A DNA stretch of 64,000 bases from positions 35,829 to 99,828 of the forward strand of contig JBARSJ010000071.1 of assembly GCA_049644685.1 (NCBI GenBank), written 5' to 3'. The stretch is from Anaerolineales bacterium (GTDB taxonomy: Bacteria; Chloroflexota; Anaerolineae; Anaerolineales; UBA11858). Position numbers and translations under genes: made by a program. Below, in pieces: positions 58,971 through 64,000 of the stretch. Each line of letters starts with the position of its first letter. Positions within the stretch are counted from its first letter, which is position 1. Under the pieces are notes generated by a model. The model saw only the letters and a list, made by a program, of their open reading frames with translations, was not told the origin of the DNA and made no database searches.

Positions 58971-59567
58971 TTGAAACAAGATATTTTGGTCGAGATAATC
59001 GATATGGGAAAACAAAGCCTTAGCCTCCTTGAACGCTTTTCTTTGAGGGCAGAAGAATTGATAATGACACGATTGGTGCCAAAGGACAATCCAGGCCCCA
59101 TATTCAAGAGACTGTTCAAAACACCGATATTCTTTTACCGTATTGGCCTTCCTCTGTTTAGCAGCTTCGTCCTGTTATTGACTACAACCGGGCGAAAGAG
59201 TGGGAAACAGCGATACACGCCGCTTGAATATCAACGCGAGCAAGGAACGGGTAATCCAATCATCATGGCAGGTTGGGGGGGAAAAACGGATTGGAGGCTC
59301 AATATTAAGGCAAATCCGCATGTTCATGTTCAGATCGGACAAGAATGCTTTGACGCCATCGCTGAACCTCTTAGCGACGAAGAAATCGCAGCAAGGTTGA
59401 CAGAGGCCATGAAGATAAATCCAAGGAGTGCGAAGATATAGTCACGGTGGGTGGGAGAAAGTGTGAGTCTAGCGGATCCTGGCAGTGTAGCCAGAGCTGT
59501 GAAGTATTTTCCATGCTTTCGCTTGAAACCGATCAATGAATATGTTGGAAGTGATCAAAGCACCTAA
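58971..59567 (+). pseudogene. cassette 9: deazaflavin(F420)-dependent nitroreductase-family (DUF385) gene interrupted by in-frame TAG at 59439-59441
   Basis: LLLTTTGRKSGKQRYTPL, WRLNIKANPHVHVQ; the frame continues after TAG to TAA (59565-59567, inside R'') and encodes ...VKYFPCFRLKPI, resembling the family C-terminus. Confidence 0.65.
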
Positions 59568-59802
59568 CCTCCGCTCCACCTGACTGCCGGGATGGTTCGC
59601 TGCGCGAACGACCGGGAGAAAGAGACCGATGACCGGGGGAGGTTTCACCTCCGACCGGTTTTACTGGGAAAGAAATACTGATTACTGACTTTTGTCCCGG
59701 ATGCGGGTGCCCTTCGCTGTACTCAGGATGCTTCGCGACCCTTCGTCTCCCCCTTGGCTACGCTCGGGGCTCGCTCAGGACAAATGAGCTCATCCGTTAG
59801 GA
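59562..59802 (+). other. attC site 9 (241 bp) with two tandem nested inserts
   Basis: R'' ACCTAAC ... R' GTTAGGA; arms CACCTGACTGCCGGG / CCCGGATGCGGGTG; inserts at 59710-59738 and 59739-59781. Confidence 0.8.
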
Positions 59803-59846
59803 TGCAGCTTTGATTAGATCAACCAATAAAAAGGAAGGTCGGAAAG

Positions 59847-60758
59847 ATGACAAATAAAGATGGAGAACCAAAACCTTCAGAAACCGCCTTATTTGCTGCC
59901 TTGCGTAGAACCATTGCAAATATAGACTTCAATAATGAGAATTTTGGACCAGACAATATGGCCGAATATTTTTTACCCCCTCACTTTAGATTTTTTCTAA
60001 AATTCAAAAAAATACGAGCAAATACCAAAGCAAAATTAAATGACTTTTTGCCTGGGTTGAATGAATACATGATTGCTAGAACAGCCTATTTTGATCGGCT
60101 ATTCAATGATGCTTTACACAACGAAACACCTCAAATTGTACTGCTTGGCGCAGGATACGATACACGAGCGTATCGTTTTGCAGAGTTAAATCAAGGGACA
60201 GAAATATTTGAATTGGATATTGGTCCAACCCAAGAGAGAAAAAAGAAATGTTTAAAAAAGGCAAAGATAGCCATCCCCCAACAAGTCACTCTCGTTCCAA
60301 TAAATTTCAATAAAGACTCATTGAAAGATGTTCTAGAAAAAGCGGGATTTCAAGACCATAAAAAAACTCTCTTTGTATGGGAAGGGGTGAGCTATTACCT
60401 CGATGCGGAATCAGTCAATTCAACCTTGGATTTCGTCAGCCATCTTCCAAATCATGAAAGTTCTATAGCATTTGATTACACTATTTCAATTTCAGAAGAA
60501 AAAATAAATGATTATTATGGCGTAAAAGAATTTTCTCAAACGATGAAGGAGCAACATGCAGATGAGAAACTCATGTTTTCCATTGATGAAGATGAAACAG
60601 AATCATTTTTAGAGCTGAGAGGGTTGAATATAGTTGAACATTTGGATAGTGAAGAGATCGAGAGAACATTTTTAATAGAAGAAAATGGATCACTAATAGG
60701 TCAAATTACCGGGCATTTTCGTTTTGTATTGGCTACACAAAAAAAGCTTCAAGAGTAA
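59847..60758 (+). CDS. cassette 10: SAM-dependent O-methyltransferase of the LCMT / TIGR00027-like family
   Basis: QIVLLGAGYDTRAYRF, WEGVSYYL motifs; RBS AGGAAGG. Confidence 0.8.
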   Translation: MTNKDGEPKPSETALFAALRRTIANIDFNNENFGPDNMAEYFLPPHFRFFLKFKKIRANTKAKLNDFLPGLNEYMIARTAYFDRLFNDALHNETPQIVLLGAGYDTRAYRFAELNQGTEIFELDIGPTQERKKKCLKKAKIAIPQQVTLVPINFNKDSLKDVLEKAGFQDHKKTLFVWEGVSYYLDAESVNSTLDFVSHLPNHESSIAFDYTISISEEKINDYYGVKEFSQTMKEQHADEKLMFSIDEDETESFLELRGLNIVEHLDSEEIERTFLIEENGSLIGQITGHFRFVLATQKKLQE

Positions 60759-60764
60759 TGAGAA

Positions 60765-60924
60765 ACCTAACCCCCGCTGCACTTGTCAGCCAGGGGCAGA
60801 CCGAGGACGGATGACGGAAGACCGAAGCCTGGAAACTTACGCCAGGCAGCAGGCGGTCTTCGCAAACCTGTCCTGAGTGAAACGAAGAGTAATCAAAGGG
60901 CATCGCTAAGCTCATCTGTTAGGC
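60765..60924 (+). other. attC site 10 (160 bp) with inverted nested insert
   Basis: R'' ACCTAAC ... R' GTTAGGC; arms CACTTGTCAGCCAGG / CCAGGCAGCAGGCG; insert between GGCG and AGCTCATCT. Confidence 0.8.
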
Positions 60925-60930
60925 ACTAAA

Positions 60931-61383
60931 ATGGCAAAAACTAATCCAATATCAAAAGAATTGATCGCACCGTGCGGAATGAATTGTGCCATCTGCAGCC
61001 GGTATCTTTCCTACCTCAATAATTTGAATCGCAGCCAGTGTATTGGTTGTCGTCCGCGGAATGAGGTTTGTAAATACCTATTTCAAAAATGTACTGGCAT
61101 AAATCATTCTTCAAAAGGAGATGCTGCCTTTTGCTATGATTGCGATCAGTTTCCTTGTAAGCAAATAAATCGGATGGATGACCGCTATAGAAAAAATTAT
61201 GCGATGAGCGTGAAGGATAATTTGATATTTATAGACCAGATGGGAATCAAGAAATTTATTAAAGAACAACAGCAGAAATATCAATGTTCTAAATGTGGTA
61301 ATCAAATATCAATACATAATAGAAAATGTTTCAATTGCGATGAGGTAACACGCTTGGTTGAAAAAAGTAGTAAGAATTATTAA
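60931..61383 (+). CDS. cassette 11: Cys-rich protein (DUF3795-like)
   Basis: CGMNCAICSRY, CIGCRPRNEVC, CYDCDQFPC, CSKCGN, CFNC clusters; ATG only 6 nt after the R' box. Confidence 0.65.
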   Translation: MAKTNPISKELIAPCGMNCAICSRYLSYLNNLNRSQCIGCRPRNEVCKYLFQKCTGINHSSKGDAAFCYDCDQFPCKQINRMDDRYRKNYAMSVKDNLIFIDQMGIKKFIKEQQQKYQCSKCGNQISIHNRKCFNCDEVTRLVEKSSKNY

Positions 61384-61397
61384 TGATTTATCCTAGT

Positions 61398-61600
61398 ACC
61401 TAACCCCCGCTTCACCTGACCCGGCACCTTCGGTGCGGTAAGCAGTAGTTTTGTAAGTAATAAGCAGTTTAAAAATTCAGATTAATGACAGCGTTAGTGC
61501 TGAGATTGGTTCTATTTACTATTTACTACTTACTAATTACTAAGCCGAGCGGGTGCCCTTCGCTGTACTCAGGATGCTTCGAGAAGATCATCCGTTAGGT
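61398..61600 (+). other. attC site 11 (203 bp) with heptamer tract and nested 29-nt insert
   Basis: AGTACCTAAC vs expected AGTGCCTAAC (9/10); R' GTTAGGT; GGGTG[CCCTTCGCTGTACTCAGGATGCTTCGAGA]AGATCATCC. Confidence 0.8.
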
Positions 61601-61613
61601 CGCACAGAATTCT

Positions 61614-62195
61614 ATGATGATTGATGTAATACAAATTCTGTTTCTGTTTTCTGTCATACTTGAAATGATATATTTAGTTTTATTTATTCTGACGAAAAAG
61701 TTACCAGGCTTTCGCTTCTGGCCTCCCCCAAAGCCTCAATCTTGGCAATTCTTTGTGTCTTGGTTAATTGCGGGTTTGGTGGCTGTAAACTTTCTTGTCT
61801 TGGGACTGTTAGATTTCGACAGTTTCATACTCCCCAACTTAAAACAAAGGCTTCCATTTGCCATCAGTCTCTTTTTGATAGGTTCATTGTTAGGTTCTTG
61901 GGCATTCGGGACATTTGGGCTGAAGAATACAATTGGTGTTGATAATAAGCTAATCACAGGTGGTCCATATAAATATTCTCGGAACCCACAATACATTGGG
62001 GACAGTTTGAACATTGTTGGATATATGGTATTAACGAATTCATGGATGATCTGGATTATCGGTTTGTTAGGTGTATTATTGAATCTTCTTGCACCGTCTA
62101 TTGAAGAACCCTGGCTAGAGGAACGGTATGGAGAAAGATACCTTGAATACAAACGCAGGGTTCCGAGGTTCTTTGGTAAAGTTGGGACGGGATAA
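61614..62195 (+). CDS. cassette 12: ICMT/PEMT-family membrane methyltransferase
   Basis: GGPYKYSRNPQYIGD, multiple TM helices, C-terminal EEPWLEERYGERYLEYKRRVPRF. Confidence 0.8.
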   Translation: MMIDVIQILFLFSVILEMIYLVLFILTKKLPGFRFWPPPKPQSWQFFVSWLIAGLVAVNFLVLGLLDFDSFILPNLKQRLPFAISLFLIGSLLGSWAFGTFGLKNTIGVDNKLITGGPYKYSRNPQYIGDSLNIVGYMVLTNSWMIWIIGLLGVLLNLLAPSIEEPWLEERYGERYLEYKRRVPRFFGKVGTG

Positions 62196-62200
62196 GCGCG

Positions 62201-62370
62201 TCCTAACCCCCGCTCCCCTTCGACTGTGCTCAGGATCTGCGACACCTGACCGCCTATAAACTGCCTGAGTGACTTGGAGATTATATGATGGAGTGAAGCG
62301 AGATTCGCCAAATTGGAATATACTGAATACCGATTACTGATTACTGAAAACTAGTGTCAGGGGGCAGGTG
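62201..62370 (+). other. attC site 12, 5' half plus L' arm only; R' box not found
   Basis: GCGTCCTAAC vs expected GCGACCTAAC (9/10); 27-nt insert 62216-62242 in the left arm; GGCAGGTG at 62363-62370 is followed by another element instead of AGCTCATCCGTTAGG. Confidence 0.55.
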
Positions 62371-62453
62371 CCCTTCGATTCTGCTACGCTCCACTCAGGA
62401 CAGGCTTGTCGAGGGGCTTTGCGAATCAGGGGAACAAATTATCACCTGATTGT

Positions 62454-62483
62454 TTACCACTAACCACAATAGCAGTATATAAT
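62454..62483 (+). promoter_or_regulatory. candidate internal promoter upstream of MFS gene
   Basis: TTACCA - 18 nt - TATAAT (62478-62483), 38 nt upstream of ATG 62521. Confidence 0.35.
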
Positions 62484-62520
62484 CAGACAATATTCACGAA
62501 GCCTCGTTGGAGCAAACACA

Positions 62521-63762
62521 ATGGAAACAACTGAAAAACAACCTTTGCTGACACCCCTGATGAGATGGTTCATGTTCGCCATGGTGCTGGCTAATGTAGC
62601 CAGCGCCATGTATCCGATGCTCATGCCCATCTACCTGACGGAGCTGGGCGCCAGCATCACTCAGGTTGGGTTAATATTCACACTCACATCAGTCGTGGTT
62701 TTGATCTTACAGATTTTCGGCGGCTGGGTTTCCGACTCAATTGGACGCCTGCGTTCGATTGCTATCGGCAGTGTGGGCGGGATATTTGGTTTTGTGGCGG
62801 TGCTGCTAGCCCCAACCTGGCAGTGGATGTTAGCCGCCTTATGTGTGCTTCAGTTCCCCTATGCTCTTGTCGGACCAAGTTTTGGGGCTTTTATCGCGGA
62901 GAATTCCACCACAGAGAACCGCGGTAAAGTGTATGGGATCACCGACACAATCTTCCAGATCACCGGCGTAATCGGCCCACCCGTAGGCGGGTTACTGGTC
63001 GGTCGATATGGGTTCAAAATGATGTTCCTGGTTTCTGGGAGTCTTTATGCTTTAGCGGCTATTTTACGGATCTGGATGGCTTCCACAGTCCGCACCACCA
63101 CAGAAGCCAACCCCCGAAAACTCTCGACATCTTCCTTGAAAACCAGCGTAAAAACCATGTTCGGCATGATCCTGGGCGGCGGGGTGCTGACCTGGATTTT
63201 CGTCACCGATGGGGTGCGTGATACCGCTTTCCGGCTCTCGGGCGAGCTACAGCCTCTTTACCTGGAACAGGTCGCTGGGATCTCCGTGGAGCAGATCGGC
63301 ATTTTGGGGTCAATCTTCTCCATCGCGATGATGTTTACCCCCATCCTTTCGGGAAAAATGGTCGATAAATATGGGGAACGCGTTCCGATCTCTTTGGGGT
63401 TCCTGCTGGTGTTCTTCGCTTTCATGATCTTCTTGCAGGTCGGTAACTTCGTTGGATTTGCGATAACCTGGATCGTTTTTGGGATCGGAGTGGGGCTGCT
63501 CAGCCCGGCGTATCAATCCCTGATTTCAAAGGTGGTACCCCAAAAGATGTTAGGTACCTTCAGCGGATTATTCCGCAGCAGCCTGGGATTGATCTCTCTC
63601 CCAGCCCCCTACATCGGCGCCCGGCTGTGGGAAACTTTCTCTCCCAAAGTTCCCTTCGTCATCACTTCGATCGCGGCCCTGATTACCATCATCCCGACCT
63701 GGTTGTTCTTCAAAGTACCGGATGAGCCGCCAGATCTCGATCCTGCACCCGAAACGAACTGA
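62521..63762 (+). CDS. cassette 13 (or fused 12/13): MFS transporter
   Basis: 12 predicted TM helices; motif-A-like GWVSDSIGRLRS; RBS GGAG. Confidence 0.85.
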   Translation: METTEKQPLLTPLMRWFMFAMVLANVASAMYPMLMPIYLTELGASITQVGLIFTLTSVVVLILQIFGGWVSDSIGRLRSIAIGSVGGIFGFVAVLLAPTWQWMLAALCVLQFPYALVGPSFGAFIAENSTTENRGKVYGITDTIFQITGVIGPPVGGLLVGRYGFKMMFLVSGSLYALAAILRIWMASTVRTTTEANPRKLSTSSLKTSVKTMFGMILGGGVLTWIFVTDGVRDTAFRLSGELQPLYLEQVAGISVEQIGILGSIFSIAMMFTPILSGKMVDKYGERVPISLGFLLVFFAFMIFLQVGNFVGFAITWIVFGIGVGLLSPAYQSLISKVVPQKMLGTFSGLFRSSLGLISLPAPYIGARLWETFSPKVPFVITSIAALITIIPTWLFFKVPDEPPDLDPAPETN

Positions 63763-63926
63763 AATAGCCGGGGGTTACAAAAAATGGCAATTTGCCTTCT
63801 TTGCCAAAAAGAAAAGGATGTCTGGTTTTTGGATAGCAAAACGAGAACTAAGCAATGTTTTTGAAAATCTTTATTGGTGGAATTGAACTTAAGTTACTTA
63901 TGCCATTATCATTACCTATAGTTACA

Positions 63927-64000
63927 GGCTAACCCCCGCTGCCCTTTACCCGAAGGGCAGACTTGTCCGCGACCGAAGTTCGTGCCGAAGGGCCTGTCCT
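63927..64000 (+). other. attC site 13 (truncated by window end)
   Basis: GGCTAACCCCCGCTGCC start matches the family; ends with CGAAGGGCCTGTCCT, an inverted CCCTTCG...CAGGACAGG-type element. Confidence 0.65.

Larger units (their letters stand above)
51051..64000 (+). mobile_element. chromosomal integron: intI stub + attI + array of >=13 cassettes/attC sites; continues beyond window
   Basis: See individual attC, cassette and intI entries; all cassette ORFs on plus strand, divergent from the intI stub. Confidence 0.85.

Noticed and set aside
61736-62311. 191-aa minus-strand ORF
   Set aside because: It is entirely antisense to the ICMT-family gene, which has clear family motifs, and it runs through attC12. 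It has no motif of its own.
63784-63864. 26-aa ORF MAICLLCQKEKDVWFLDSKTRTKQCF between the MFS gene and attC13
   Set aside because: It is too short, has no RBS and has no supporting context. It may be a fragment of a degraded cassette gene.
52059-64000. The regularly recurring ~90-240-bp repeats could be mistaken for a CRISPR array
   Set aside because: The repeats are long imperfect palindromes of variable length. They are separated by 400-1300 bp that contain full ORFs with RBSs. The boundaries are RYYYAAC/GTTRRRY boxes, and no cas genes are present. This fits attC sites, not CRISPR.

Overview
The window splits into two parts. Positions 1-50.9 kb are ordinary housekeeping chromosome. Gene content and order there (rpmB-asp23-yloV-degV-recG-coaD; hsp20-lon; efp; mutL; rpmH-rnpA-yidD-yidC-jag ... 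parA-parB) suggest a monoderm-type, possibly Chloroflexota/Anaerolineae-like genome, but I cannot verify that guess without a search. From about 51.05 kb to the window end lies what I read as a sedentary chromosomal integron. It has a stub of an integron-integrase gene (only the first ~43 codons, minus strand), a candidate attI ending in GTTAGGC, and at least 13 same-strand gene cassettes. Each cassette is followed by an attC-like imperfect palindrome running from RYYYAAC (R'') to GTTRRRY (R'). Each cassette's first bases are the reverse complement of the R'' end of its own attC, which is the strongest direct evidence. Several attC sites are unusually long (155-241 bp) because short repeat elements (CCCTTCG...CTCAGGA family) and heptamer microsatellites (TACTGAT-like) are nested at one fixed position in the attC stem. 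Cassettes encode three different methyltransferase families, three lipoproteins (one with a beta-lactamase fold), small membrane proteins, an MFS transporter and an F420-type nitroreductase homologue with an in-frame TAG. Other points in the core region: (1) a ~113-nt structured repeat in two copies, each inside a segment bounded by long direct repeats, one of which duplicates the last 20 bp of mutL; (2) an operon of two PEP/pyruvate-binding (PPDK-N-like) proteins, one fused to a nucleotidyltransferase; (3) an EF-P with Arg at the loop tip, translationally coupled to a Cys-rich ORF; (4) a PHP-AlbA_2 fusion protein. All functional calls rest on motifs I recognise in the supplied translations. 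No database search, folding or statistics were run. Start codons are approximate.
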